Made by a program: the position numbers and the translations under genes. Shown piece by piece: positions 12,235 through 25,531 of a stretch of 64,000 nucleotides of DNA. Position 1 is the first letter of the stretch, and every line of letters begins with the position of its first letter. The notes beneath the pieces were generated by a model, which searched no databases, had not been told where the DNA came from, and saw only the letters and a program-made list of their open reading frames with translations. The stretch is taken from assembly GCF_963921235.1 (NCBI RefSeq), contig NC_086108.1, forward strand, positions 35,776,001-35,840,000, in the 5' to 3' direction. The DNA is from Mobula hypostoma (taxonomy: Eukaryota).

Positions 12235-14596
12235 CTTACATTTCATCTAAGCAAAGACTAACACTGGGTCAGATGTAAAACTGGAACTATCCTCCCAGGA
12301 GTCCAGAACAAGTTGCAGCTGGGCAATATGGAAATCCAGTGTTAGCTCCAATCCCATCACATAAATTATATACAATTTTTACAAGAAACATCACAATTGC
12401 AATAAAAGAAACAAAGTCCATTGAAGTGAACAAAGTGGTCACAATGTTGTTATACTGAGGTAGTGATTTGTGTTGTGCTGGTTAGTTCAACAAACAAATG
12501 ATTGAAGAGAAGTAGCTGTTCTTCAAGCTGTTGGTTTGGGACTTCAGGCTTCTGTGCTTCCTGCCAACAAGTGAGATAGAGAAGCCTGTACCTTTAAAAC
12601 TGGGCAGGATGCGATTCCAGTGTTAGTTCCAATCCCATCAGTTTCCATGTGGATAGCTCAAGTTACAATTACCGGGCCCAGACTCCCTCCTGTAATCCAT
12701 GTGCCCATTTTCAGATCAACTTACTAAACTGTTCACTCACACTCATCCACTTTCACCAGCATTGCCTTTCATCCTGCAACAAAATGTCTCAATCAGACCT
12801 ACCTTTGAAATTACTCAGTAAGAACATCAAGCCAAATGGGCAATTATTGGCCAGACACCAGAGGTTTCATAGGGTTTCTCAGCTGATGAGGCAGCAAGTG
12901 CCAGCCTTGTCCAAGTTTGTGTTCACTCAACCAGCATGAGAACTGTCGGATAGAATTCATTTGGAAATTACTTCACTGTTTAAAATAACTCACTGGAATG
13001 CAACTCATGCTAACTGCACTGTTCAGTGCCTTCATGGCACAGAGGAAGACCACGTAATGTAACTAGTTAAAGCCAGTTAAAGCTACACGGTACCTCTTAA
13101 AAGATGGGGACATTGTGAATTCAGTGGATGAGTGCCTGAAGTTCTTCAACTGAAGATTGATCTGCCACTGAAAAATGGCAGGGCAGGCTTTGCATCTTAC
13201 TTAGAGGCTATATCAGAGTACATGGAGAGGAGGAAAGACACCTTCCTTCTAAAGTGATCAGGAGACCTTCCATGCACACGTTCAAAAGGTGGATGGAGGA
13301 GAAAGAAGTGGACATCAATGCCAAGAGTCAAGCCCTGATGATGAAATGCAGAGAGGCAAAAATTTCAGTGACTTCACCGACAAATACAAGGAAATAGAAT
13401 GTGTCCGAGACTTGTAGTTACCTGATCAGATCATTAAATTTTACATCCTAAAGTCAGAATTGGGGCCTGTATCTGGTGAGTTACCAGGATAAGTAGCTTG
13501 AGGATTCCAGCTTTTGCGAGGCTGAAGTCACATGCAAATACTTGATGTGAAGGGCTCAGCCAAGGAATACACATGAAAGCTGATGCCCGTGTACTTCAAC
13601 GACATGCCCAAGTGATGGCTAACTACAGCCTTTGAGCCCAACCTCACAACAATGGAAGGCTAGTGTCTCAACAAATTCACTGTCCCAAGCTCATAAAGCA
13701 TACAAATATCATCTAATCACCTCCCTTCTGTGTAGTCTTATCCCCTCATGAGCTTTCCTAACCCCTGGTCAGGCTGCACACTTCATATCTTCAGTGTTTT
13801 GCCGGGTTCAGAGTCTACCTTTGAGATACCAATTAAATTTCACACAGCATCAGTGTCCATGCCTTTGGTTGTGTGTGTGCCCACTTTGTCAATGCTGTTC
13901 TATACTCTTTCCTAAGCGGTTTGAGATCTTGGAGATCTGAAAGGTATGATGAGGTGGGGAGGGGAGCATGCTTACCTCATCTGCAACTTAGGAAAGAGAT
14001 AGCAGAGTGAAGAGTAGCTGGATTATGAGGATAGCATTATCTTCAATGATTTCAGCCATACTGCTGACACAGATTCAGCCACAGCAGCAATAAAGGCCAC
14101 CATCCTCTCACCTATAGGAATTGTGAAGATTTCTATCCACCCTGATAAACTACGGCTACCTCCGGTCATAAACCCAGTTGAAATTCAGACTGTTCAGCAA
14201 GCTGAGTGATGTGGCTTTCATGGTTGAGAAGGTGATACAGCCTCTGAGAGGTGGGTGGGAGATTCAGTCAGATGCAATAACCATGCACCTATGAGGTGGA
14301 GCATGGTTATAAGCCTGACTGACAGCTATTGTTGGGAGCTGAGTCACAGGGTCTGTTGTACTGAAATGTGTCTGAGTTGAAGCAAGCAGTTGGATGACTA
14401 AGGCACTTGAAGGTATACTCACTTACAAGCATTTATTTCAGACTTCTGACCTGTATGCAGTATTTCACCCAGATGGTTAGGAATGGCTCTTAGCTGTGAA
14501 CTCCATGGCTTTGGCTATCAACTTTTACTATTTTCCAAGTATGTGCCTGGAAGGCCTTCCGGCTCTCTTAGATACGGAATATCACTCCCTCTCTGC

Positions 14597-14895
14597 TGGG
14601 GGGAAGCACAGTGGCACAGCGGACAGAGCTGCTAGCTCCCAGCTCCAGCAACCTGACCCCAGGTGCACTCTGTGCGTGGTCTGCATGTTCTCCCCACGAC
14701 CACTTAGCTTTCCTCTGAGTGTGTCAGCTTCCTCCCTTATCCCAAAGATGGGGTGAATTGCCCATGGTAAATTGCCTCTGGCGTGCAGGTGGGCCGGAGG
14801 AGGAGGAGCAAATGGGAATGTAGGGGAATAAAATATGGTAGATGGTCAGAGGTTGGTGGCGGACCAAATGGCCTGTTTTCCTGCCGTATCTCTCC
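14597..14895 (+). mobile_element. tRNA-derived SINE (V-SINE/HE1-like)
   Basis: A-box-like gtggcacagcgg; core tgcatgttctcccc...ttcctccc...cccaaaga; CR1-like 3' end ggaccaaatggcctgttt. Confidence 0.65.
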
Positions 14896-16253
14896 GTGAC
14901 CCTATCATCCTTCTAGTATTGTGTCTGAAAGCACTGAAACCTTTGCACTCCTGTGCGACGTTTTTTGTCACTGTTTCCCCAATCAACCAGAACCAGTAAA
15001 TGTTAACTGTGAGTCTCTCTCCATGGACGCTACCTGACCTTAGAACATTCAAGAAGGAGTATGACAAGTTTTTAAACTCTAAGGTAATCAACAGAGTTAG
15101 AGCAGAGAGGTGGCATGAAGGTTAAAAACAAATCCATGATCTTATCAAATGATAGAACAGGGATGGCCCCCACCTGAACCTGCTTCACATGCCCTCCTAA
15201 TGAGTGATGCATTGGCTGCACACAGGAATCCTACAGATAATCAGGCAGCTTATGATGCAAACAAGAGGCCTGAAGTAATTGTCCGTCGGGATCTCTGTGC
15301 TTATTTTTGGGTGTTGTCCATTTTGTCCACAAGTAGTACAGGCAACGCCCGCTATGCCAGAATTTGATGTGAAACACTTCTGTAATCAAGGTAAACCTCC
15401 TGTCTCATTTCAGCCCAAACAAAAATTGCCTGACGTAAGTAGTTGGTCGGCACTTTGAGCAACAGATGGGACTTTCGTGCTCCCTCATGATTCTTTTACT
15501 TGTACAATGATTCAGATCACAGAATGAACAGAACGCCATCAGGCTGGGTACTGTGGTGGACCACAGCTTTGCATTACCAAAATGCCTGACGGAGCACTAA
15601 AATTATATATTTTTTCCATTGGAAATGAGATGGGCTTTTGTTTAGAGACAAAGAACCCATGTTCGTGATGAGTTAAGCTCTATAGTTTTAGTTCCTGTTT
15701 CTCAATTGGTCAGGGCAACCCTTTGTTCGTGTTTGTAAATATGATCCACAGTAGAAGCTGACTGATTATTATCACCGACTGGGTGCTATATTGAAAATAT
15801 GAGAAGCACGGATGTACAGCAAATGAAAAAAAGTACCATGTGTTTTATGGAAAGTAAGACTGGCACATAATTCAGCAACAAAGTTGAAAGCCAACTCTGA
15901 ATATCCAAATATTATGTAAATAAACAGAAGGTATCAGAGTGTACTGTGCTAGTTTATAGTCCGTGATCTCACCTTGGGAGCCCAGATCCATTTCCTGTTC
16001 AAATGGGAGGAAACCCCAGAGGGAGATTGGTCTTAGTTCATCTGTGCTGCACTGAATGTCGAAATACACGCCATTGCATATCTAAGGAAACCCACAGCAA
16101 CTTCTTCTAATGCCATGTTCTAAAAAAGGCATACAAGCTGCCTAACTTCCGCAGCCTCCCTTTTTACAATTACTTCAGATCTGATAGTAAACAATATAAT
16201 TAAGATCGGTTAGAATATGGTGGAGTTACATTCAGGAGCGATTTTGATCAGGG

Positions 16254-17285
16254 TAAAAGTTCAAAGTAAACTTATCGAAGTATATATATGTCACCACATA
16301 CAGTGCTACCTTGAGATTCATTTTCTTGCAGGTGTTCACAGTAGAGCAAATGAATACGACAGAATCAATGAAAAACTCCACACAAAGACTGACCGACAAC
16401 CAATGTGCAAAAGAAGACAAACTGTGCGAATAGGAAAAATAATAAATAAATTATCAACAGATAAACAATACTGAGAGCATCAGTAGTAGAGTCCTCGAAA
16501 GTGAGTCCATCATTTGTGGAATCATAGTCATAGTTATACTTTATTGATCCCAGGGGGAAATTGGTTTTTGTTAGAGTTGCACCATAAATAATAATAGTCA
16601 TAGAATCATAAATAGTTAAATAGTAATATGTAAATTATGCCAGAAAATTATGAAATAAGTCCAGGACCAGCCTATTGGCTCAGGGTGTCTGACCCTCCAA
16701 GGGAGGCGTTGTAAAGTTTGATGGCCACAGGCAGGAATGACATCCTATGACACTCTGTGCTGCATCTTGGAGGAATGAGTCTCTGGCTGAATGTACTCCT
16801 GTGCCCACCGAGTATATTATGTAGTGGATGGGAGACATGGGCCAAGATGGCATGCAACTTAGACAGCATCCTATTTTCAGACACCACCGTCAGAGAGTCC
16901 AGTTCCATCCCCACAACATTGGCCTTACGAATGAGTTTGTTGATTCTGTTGGTGTCTGCTACCCTCAGCCTGCTTCCCCAGCACACAACAGCAAACCTGA
17001 TAGCACTGGCCACCACAGACTTGTAGAACATCCTCAGCATCGTCCATCAGTTCAGAGATGAGATGAGAGAAGTTATCCAATTATGCACACTGGTTCAGGA
17101 GCCTGATGGCTGAAAGTTTGTTCCTGTACCTGGTGGTGGGGGACACAAGGCTCCTGTACCCCCTTCCTGATGGCAGCAACAAGAAGAGAGCATGTCCTAG
17201 CTGAATGGGGTGGATGCTGCTTTCTTGTGGCAGTGCTCCGTGTAGGTGCTCAGTTGTGGGGAGGGCTGTGCACATCACCTTCTGT
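16254..17285 (-). mobile_element. Two nested Rex1/Babar-like LINE 3' fragments (inner copy about 16523-17045)
   Basis: ORF 16672..17040 (FYKSVVASAIRFAVVCWG...HPLH...RMSFLPVAIKLYN) and ORF 17081..17332 (HALFLLLPSGRGYRS) are Rex-type C-termini. Confidence 0.75.
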
Positions 17286-18266
17286 AGGCTGATGGTGATT
17301 GTGTATTGTGGATTATTGTGCCCATTTTCCAAACCAGTAGAGGATGTACTGGGTTTAAATTCACAATTCTAAGAGTGATGAAAGGCGACGTCATATACTG
17401 GGATAGCCAGGTTGTCATGCAGTGGTTAGATATAGTCGGGAAATTATGTGTGGTGCTGCATTATATTCAATCACAGATCGCAAGCTGCAAAAAGAATTCT
17501 TCAGATTAGAAACTCACAGCCTTTGACCCAAAATTGCAAATGGAACCTTTTCAATTGCAGCTACGCTTTTACTGTAACTGGCTTTATCTGGACTGTCTTT
17601 TCAATTTCACAGAACACGCAAAAGACTTAATCTGCTTGCCTCTAATAGAGAGGAATTCCTGATATATTCAGGATGATGTAGATAAGCCAAAGGAGTTCTT
17701 ACCTTATTGACCGACAATGTGGGAAGCGAGATATTGGAAAGCAAAAGAAAGCATTTAAAGCAGGGTAAACTGAGGGGGATATATCCCAAAGATAAACACA
17801 AGTGTTTCAATTGTTGCAACTATTTAACCACCAAAAAAAAAGAAAATATCCCCAAGTCCCTTCTTTTAAGTACTGTGGATTCCGGTTAATTGGAACACCT
17901 TGGGACCAGTACATTTTGGCCCAATTAAGCAGCTGCCCCAATTAGCCAAAGTTTCATGGAAATAGTTAAAAACATATTAAAAAGACAAACTAATACTGAG
18001 TAACAAATTAAGTATTTAAATCAGAGCACTAAATAATTCTTAATACTATAATAGTTCTTAATAGTTATCGACGGCTGAATTCATCCTGTGTGTTCATGCC
18101 ATGTTCCTTTGATTGACTGTAAATGAACAAAATCAGCATAGAGACCTAGTGCGGGTAATGGACGTCCTTCAGAAAATGCTCTTGACAATTGCATCCTCCA
18201 AATCTTCATTTTCATTGTAACATTCGTGATGATTGTTGACACTTTCAAATTCTTCGTAGCTCCTAA

Positions 18267-18871
18267 GGTACTACTGCTGTTGTACAAGGCCTTGGTGAGA
18301 CCACACCTGGAGTATTGTGTGCAGTTTTGGTCCCCTAATCTGAGGAAAGACATTTTTGCCATAGAGGGAGTACAAAGAAGGTTCACCAGATTGATTCCTG
18401 GGATGTCAGGACTTTCATATGATGAAAGACTGGATTTACTAGGCTTATACTCTCTGGAATTTAGAAGATTGAGGGGGGACCTTATTGAAACATATAAAAT
18501 TCTAAAGGGATTGGACAGGCTAGATGCAGGAAGATTGTTCCCAATGTTGGGGAAGTCCAGAACAAGGGGTCACAGTTTGAGAATAAAGGGGAAACCTTTC
18601 AGGATCGAGATGAGGAAAAACTTCTTTACACAGAGAGTGGTGAATCTGTGGATTTCTCTGCCACAGGAAACAGTTGAGGCCAGTTCATTGGCTATATTTA
18701 AGACGGAGTTAGATATGGCCCTTGTGGCTAAAGGGATCGGGGGTATGGAGAGAAGGCAGGTACAGGGTTCTGAGTTGGGTGATCAGCCATGATCATACTG
18801 AATGGCGGTGCAGGCTCGAAGGGCCAAATGGCCTACTCTTACACCTATTTGCTATGTTTCTATGTTTCTAA
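18267..18871 (+). mobile_element. CR1 LINE 3' fragment
   Basis: LYKALVRPHLEYCVQFWSP...; near identical to the copy at 49326-49940; (CTATGTTT)n tail. Confidence 0.92.
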
Positions 18872-18976
18872 CTTGTTGAAGTAATGAAATTTTTTCCTTT
18901 TCACTCCTGGCCATTCCTTCAAGCCTGCAATGAGGAAAACATTTCTGAATTGTCTTACTGCTTATTAATCATCAAC

Positions 18977-20596
18977 CAGTGGCATGCAAAAGTTTGCACA
19001 ACCCTGATCAAAATTTCTGTTACTCTGAGTAGTTAAGTGAGTAGAAGTGATCTCCAAAAGTCATGAAGTTAAAGATGAAACATTCTTTTCAACATTTTAA
19101 AGCAAGATTAGTGTATTATTTTTGTTTTGTACAATTTTAGAGTGAAAAAAAGGAAGGGAGCATCATGCAAAAGTTTGGGCACCCCAAGAGATTTGAGCTC
19201 TCAGATAACTTTTACCAAGGTCTCAGACCTTAATTAGTTTGTTAAGGGTATGGCTTATTCACAATCATTGTTAGGAAAGGCCAGGTGATGCAAATTTCAA
19301 AGCTTTATAAATACCCTGACTCCTCAAACCTTGTCCCAACAATCAGCAGCCATGGGCTCCCCTAAGCAGCTGCCTAGCACTCTGAAAATTAAAATAAATG
19401 ATGCCCACAAAGCAGGAGAAGGCTATAAGAAGATAACAAAGTGTTTTCAGGTAGCCGTTTCCTCAGTTTGTAATGTAATTAAGAACTGACAGTTAACAGG
19501 AACAGTGGAGGTCAAGTTGAGGTCTGGAAGACAAAGAAAACTTTCTGAGAGAACTGCTCGTAGGATTGCTAGAAAGGCAAATCAAAACCCCCATTTGACT
19601 GCAAAGACCTTCAGGAAGATTTAGCAGACTCTGGAGTGGTGGTGCACTGTTCTACTGTGCAGCGACACCTGCATAAATATGACCTTCATGGAAGAGTCAT
19701 CAGAAGAAAACCTCTCCTGCATCCTCACCACAAAATTCAGCATCAGAAGTTTGTAAAGGAACATCTAAAGAACCCTGATGCATTTTGGAAACAAGTCCAG
19801 TGGACTGATGAAGTTAAAATAGAACTTCTTGGCCACAATGAGCAAAGGTATGTTTGGAGAAAAAAGGGTGCAGAATTTCATGAAAAGAACACCTCTCCAA
19901 CTGTTAAGCACGGGGATGGATCGATCATGCTTTGGGCTTGTGTTGCAGCCAGTGGCACGGGGAACATTTCACTGGTATAGGGAAGAATGAATTCAATTAA
20001 ATACCAGCAGATTATGGAAGCAAACATCACACCGTCTATAAAAAAAAAGCTGAAGATGAAAAGAGGATGGCTTCTACAATAGGATAGTGATCCCAAACAC
20101 ACCTCAAAATCCACAATGGACTACCTCAAGAGGCGCACGCTGAAGGTTTTGCCATGGTCCTCACTGTCCCTCGACCTATGCATCATTGAAAATCTGTGGA
20201 TCGACCTCAAAAGAGCAGTGCATGCAAGATGGCCCAAGAATCTCACAGAACTAGAAACCTTTTACAAGGAAGAATGGGTGAAAATCCCCCAAACAAGAAA
20301 TGAAAGACTCTTAGCTGGCTACAGAAAGCGTTTACAAGCTGTGATACTTGCCAAAGGGGGTTTTACTAAGTACTGACCATGCAGGGTGCCCAAACTTTTG
20401 TTTCCTGCCCCTTTCCTTTTTTGTTATTTTGAAACTGTAAAAAATGGAAATAAAAAAGTCATCTTGCTTAAAATGTTAAAGAAATGTGTCATCTTTAACT
20501 TTATGCCTTTAGGAAATCAGTTCATCTTTTACTCGCTTAGCTATTCACAGTAACAGAAATTTTGACAAGGGGTGCCCAAACTTTTGCATGCCACTG
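18977..20596 (+). mobile_element. Full-length Tc1 (DD34E) transposon with IR/DR ends
   Basis: About 210-bp TIRs starting CAGTGGCATGCAAAAGTTTG and ending CAAACTTTTGCATGCCACTG; inner direct repeats near 19164 and 20385; encloses a transposase gene. Confidence 0.93.
19352..20376 (+). pseudogene. Tc1 transposase pseudogene
   Basis: MGSPKQLP...GEGYKKI; WTDE, VKHGDGSIMLWAC, Q*DSDPKH, IENLW, AKGGFTKY; in-frame stops and frameshifts. Confidence 0.9.
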
Positions 20597-22094
20597 AGAA
20601 AAACGGTTCTGAATTGTCTTACTGCTTATTAATCAACAACCATAAATGACAAAAAAATATTTTTTGAAAAGAAGCACAGTTTAAAAACTGTTTGCTCTAA
20701 GCACGTGTATGTAGTATTTAATGGCCACACAAGTGCACGTAACTGATGCTAATAAAAAACTGTTTGGCAACAATATCCTGTCCCAATTAAGTGGCATAAT
20801 ATCCCAAATAAATGAAGGGAATCCCAGCTATTTTCTTGATTGGCTTTTGTTCTTTAACATTTGTCCCAAATAAGCAGCTGCCAATGGTCTAATAAACTGG
20901 AATCCATTGTGTGCCCAAGGGCACTGCACAGGCAAATTCATATTTTCATCTCTATGGATAGACAGCAATCAGATGGGCAACCAGTTAACATGTTTCAATG
21001 AAGATAATTAAGGGAGAATATCAGAGGAGATCCTTCTGATCTTCATTCAATAACTCCTTTGCACTTTAATGTTTTATCTGAAGGACATTATTGCACACTT
21101 GGATAACAGGCAAGCTTTTGACTTGGGGTAGGTTTTAAACTCATGACTCCCTGACTCTAAAGCAAGAGGCTATAAATGTTTTATTTATATCTGGAACATG
21201 CATTTGATGATAAGCCCAGCACTTCTTATCTGGTGGTGATAGATCACATTCTTAAACAACTTCGTCCTCTGCTAAGTGCCATTGTTGGGAAATTAGTTTC
21301 AGGATTTAAAGTGACACTGAAGGATGAGCAATGTATTTCCAGGTCAGGATGATGTGAGGGGAGGAGGGGAACTTAGACACGTTGACAAACCCAGGTGCTG
21401 TTGGACAAACCCAGGGAGTAACTACAGCACATTCTGTACGATGGCACAAGCTGCAGTCACTGACTGCCAAACCTGCTGGGAGAGCTATAGAAAAAGACCA
21501 TGCCAGACTGTGAGATAACTCACACAAGGGAAAATCCTACTTGATCAGGTCCTTCCTGATCTACCTTTTGCAGATTTGTCCATGTTAAAGTAATTGCCAA
21601 ATGTTTTTGGTTGAGATAAATTTTTGTCCTCACACTGAAGAAATCCCCCAAAGGTGTAGCTATTCTTCTAAATGGGATGGTTGGAAAATTGGGCATCCAT
21701 GAGATGCAGTGAACATAAAATTATAAGATATTAGAAATAATTCAGAAAATGTGTAGCTCAGGAGATTAATGATTAGGTTGAGTTGTTCTCTGATCCAGAC
21801 CACAATGTACGAAGTTCACCACACAACCAATCAGTGAGGAGATTTCCTCCCCATATCACAATGAAAGACTATTCAGCTGATTGATAAGCAAAATGAAGGC
21901 CAAGCATTTGGAGGACACACCAACCAATACATACGCTGAAGATGTCTCCTTGTGTGGTGACAAAATGTTGCAAGTAAGTTATCAAGATCGGAGAGCAACT
22001 CAAGGCAACCACCCTACGATATATATTAGAGATTAGATGTTCCACGTACAGTGAAATGTGTTGCTTGCATCAACAACCAACACACTCTGAGGAT

Positions 22095-23775
22095 GTTCAA
22101 ACTAGAATTGCATGGGGATGGGAACCACAGTGTCTGAAAAGATAGTGGATTGGGTGTGGAGTCAGATGTTGCTAAGACCTCAGACAAAGTCAGTAATCAA
22201 AAGGCTGCACATGGTGGGACAAATGTTCTGAGTTGTGTATATTTCAATGCAAAAGTATTATAGGAAAGGCAGAGGAGTTCAGGGCATGGATCAACACATG
22301 GAATTATGATATTGTAGCCATTAGTGAGACTTGGTTGCAGGAGGGGCAGGACCAGCAGCTCAATATTCTGGGGTTCCATGGTTTTACACATAATAGAGCA
22401 GGAGGGATGGCATTACTAGTCAGGGAAAATGTCACAGCAGTGCTCAGTCAGGATATATTGGAGAACTCGTCTAGTGAGGCTTTATAGGTGGAACTGAGGA
22501 ATAAGAAAAATATGACCACGTTAATGGGGTTGTATTATAGACCACCCAACTATGCACGGGATTTAGTGGAACAAATTTGCAAAGAGATCACAGGCTGCTG
22601 CAAAAAACGTGAGGTTGTGATAGTAGGTGATTTTAACTTTCCACATATTGACTGGGACCCCCATATAGTAAAAGGACTAGATAGGACAGAGTTTGTCAAA
22701 TGTTTTCAGGAAAATTTCCTTAATCAGTACATAGAAGTCCCGATGAGAGAGTGTGCAATACTTGATCTCCTATTAGGGAATGAGACAGGATAGGTGTCAA
22801 AGGTTTGTGTAGCAGAAATCTTTGCATCTAGTGAACATAGTACCATTACTTTCAAGGTAATAATGCAAAAAGATGGGTCTGGTCCGCGGTTGAGATTCTA
22901 AATTGGAGAAAGGCCAACTTTGATGGCATCAGAAAGGATCTGGTAACTGTGGACTGAGGCAGGTTGTTTTCTGGCAAAGGTGTACTTGGTAACTGGGAGG
23001 TGTTCAAAAGTGAAATTTTGAGAGCACACACCTTGTATGTGCCCGTCAGAATAAAAGGCAAGGATAACAGGTCTAGGAAACTTTGGTTTTCGAGAGATAC
23101 TGAGGCCCTGGTTAAGAGAAAAGAGAGATCCATAGCAGCTATAGGCAAGTAGGAACAATTGAGATACTTGAGGAGCATATGAAATGTATGAGAACACTTA
23201 AGAAAGAAATTAGGAGGGTTAAAAGAAGGCATGAGGTTGCCATAGCAGACAGGTGAAGGGGAATTCTAAGGGATTCTACAGATAGGTTAAGAGCAAAATG
23301 ATTGCAATAGCCAAAGTTCTGAAATGGTAATCAATAAGTGGAGACAAAAGATCTGGGTGAGATCTTAAATAGATTTTTTACATCTGTATTGACTCAGGAG
23401 ACAGACACAGTGTCTATAGAAGTAAGCAAAATAGCCACAAGTTGATGGACACTATACAGTTTACAGAGGAGGAGATGTTTGCTGTCTTGATGCAAACTAG
23501 GGTCAACAAATCCCCAAGCCCTGACAAGGTGTTCCTTCGGATCCTGTCTGAAACAAGGTGCAGAAATTGCAGGGGCTGTAGCAGAGATATTTAAATCATC
23601 CAGAGTGACAGGTGAGGTACTGAAGGACTGGAGGATAGCTATTGTTGTTGCTCTGTTTAAGAAAGGCTCTAAGAATAAACTAGGAAATTACAGGCCGGAG
23701 AGCCTGATGTCAGTACTGGGACAATTATTGGAAGGTATTCGAAGGGACTGGATATGTGAGTATTTGGATAGACCT
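22095..23775 (+). mobile_element. CR1 LINE fragment (APE and start of RT), degraded
   Basis: YDIVAISETWL, YYRPPN, VGDFNFPHIDW motifs; many stops. Confidence 0.88.
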
Positions 23776-24639
23776 GTTTGAGTCTGCATGGGTCAAAGCT
23801 GTGCACTCATTTAACTCCATTCCTTTTGAAGAGTTTGAAGCTCAGCATGAATGAAGTCACCTCTAATGTCTGTCACAAGTAACTCTGGAGGACCACGCTT
23901 AGCCAAGATCTTTCCCAGCTTTGAATCTGTTGCTTGAGGAGCAAATGGTGGTGATGCATTTGAGTGGATTGGACAAGAGCACAAGGGAAAAGGGTTTCAA
24001 GGGATACACTGATAGATGAAGAAGAGAAAAGTTGGGATGAGGTTTGAATGGAGCATTAGTACTAGCATGGGTTGCTTTGCCCAAATATTATGTTAGTGTA
24101 TCATAAATCACCATGCATGTACAATGTTCAGTTTATCTCCTTATCCCCCATACAATGAAGCAGTCAATCCCTGCAGGTAGCAGGACCTGTAAAACATTCA
24201 AGCGGTGCCTATCGAGCGACAAGTGCCCTTCACGCTGCACAGGCCCGTCTCCGATAAGGAAGAGATGTACCAACTGACAGTGATGCCCAACAGCATTACC
24301 AGTGGTGAGGCCACCTCATCCACATCCTAGGGCTCACACGTGAACAGAAAATAAACTGGACCAGTCACACAGACACTGCAGCTACAAGAGGAGGCAAAGC
24401 CTTTTCACCATCCATAGGACATGTCAGGAGTACGCAGTAGCTGGACACTTATCTGAATAGGTACAGTTCTAACAACTTGCAAAATGGCGGAGGACATCTG
24501 GAATCAAACAGCCTACCAAACTAACTACTCAGCTAGTTTCCTGAATACTCCCTCTATTTCCAAACCCCCCCCCAACACACATGTGGCCACATTCTGACCC
24601 ACCTGCAAAATACACCATTGCAGCTTGAAAGGTCAAAAT

Positions 24640-24948
24640 ACAATGGACAGGGGAAAGAATATTTCCAGTAGTGAGAGAGTCTAGGACCAGGGCCACATCC
24701 TCGGAATAAAAAGACATCCCTTGAAAACAGAGGATAGGAGGGATTTCTTTAGCTACAGAGGGCTGTGGAGAACAAGTCATTAGATATATTTAAAATAGAG
24801 GTTGATTAGTAAAGGCACCAAATGTTACAGGGAGAAAGCAGGAGAATGGGGTTGAGAGGGGAAATAAATCAGCCATGATCGAAGGTGGAACAGATGTGAT
24901 AGACCAAATGGCCTAATTCTGCCCCTGTATCTATGGTCTTATGGTCTT
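24640..24948 (+). mobile_element. CR1 3' fragment
   Basis: gagtctaggaccagggccac...gaccaaatggcctaattctg-(tatggtct)n tail. Confidence 0.7.
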
Positions 24949-25482
24949 TCCAAGGCATCCTCAGCTGCATCTGTCTGCTACCAAAAAGGATAAGGACAGT
25001 GGGAACACCACCACCACCTCCAAATCTATTCCTAATTCTTCAAGATGCTTAGTCTCATCTGAACTCCCAACCCAACAGCATTGAGACCAAGGGTTCAACA
25101 AGATGGTTCACCACGACCTTCTTAGGAAAAGGGAAGAATGGAGATTGTCTCATCTCCCAAATGTCTCCTGTCCATGATTTTCTCAGCGACTGGCAGATGC
25201 TGTTAAAGAAGGCTTGTAAGGAATGAGGAAAAATGTGCACTTGAATTCACAAGGAACTACCAAAGCAGCACTTCCAGATATACTTATATATTCACACCTT
25301 CTTTCTTACTCTAAATCAATATGGAAAAATTTAACTGACCAGACTTTATTTTTTTAGTTGCAGTCACAGCAAAGTGAAACAAGAGAAGCTGTGTGCCCTT
25401 TCTTTGAACTTCACAGTTTTGTGGCCTTTGGGAGGTTTCTACCTTCTGCGCATTGAGTAGCAAGAAACTTGCCATGTGTGCC

Positions 25483-25531
25483 TGAGAGAGAGAGAAAGAG
25501 ACAGAGTGAGGCAGACAGACAGACAGACAGA
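25483..25531. repeat. (GA)n/(GACA)n microsatellite
   Basis: Read directly from the sequence. Confidence 0.8.

Larger units (their letters stand above)
17873..20909. mobile_element. Tigger/pogo-like non-autonomous DNA transposon hosting nested CR1 and Tc1 insertions
   Basis: TIRs ta|ctgtggattccggttaattgg and ...ctaataaactggaatccattg|tg; subterminal cccaattaagcagctgccc repeats at both ends. Confidence 0.6.

Noticed and set aside
12900..14450. Non-repetitive-looking purine-rich stretch, a possible hidden gene or old transposon
   Set aside because: No sustained ORF or recognisable motif by eye; it needs BLASTX/Dfam before any call.
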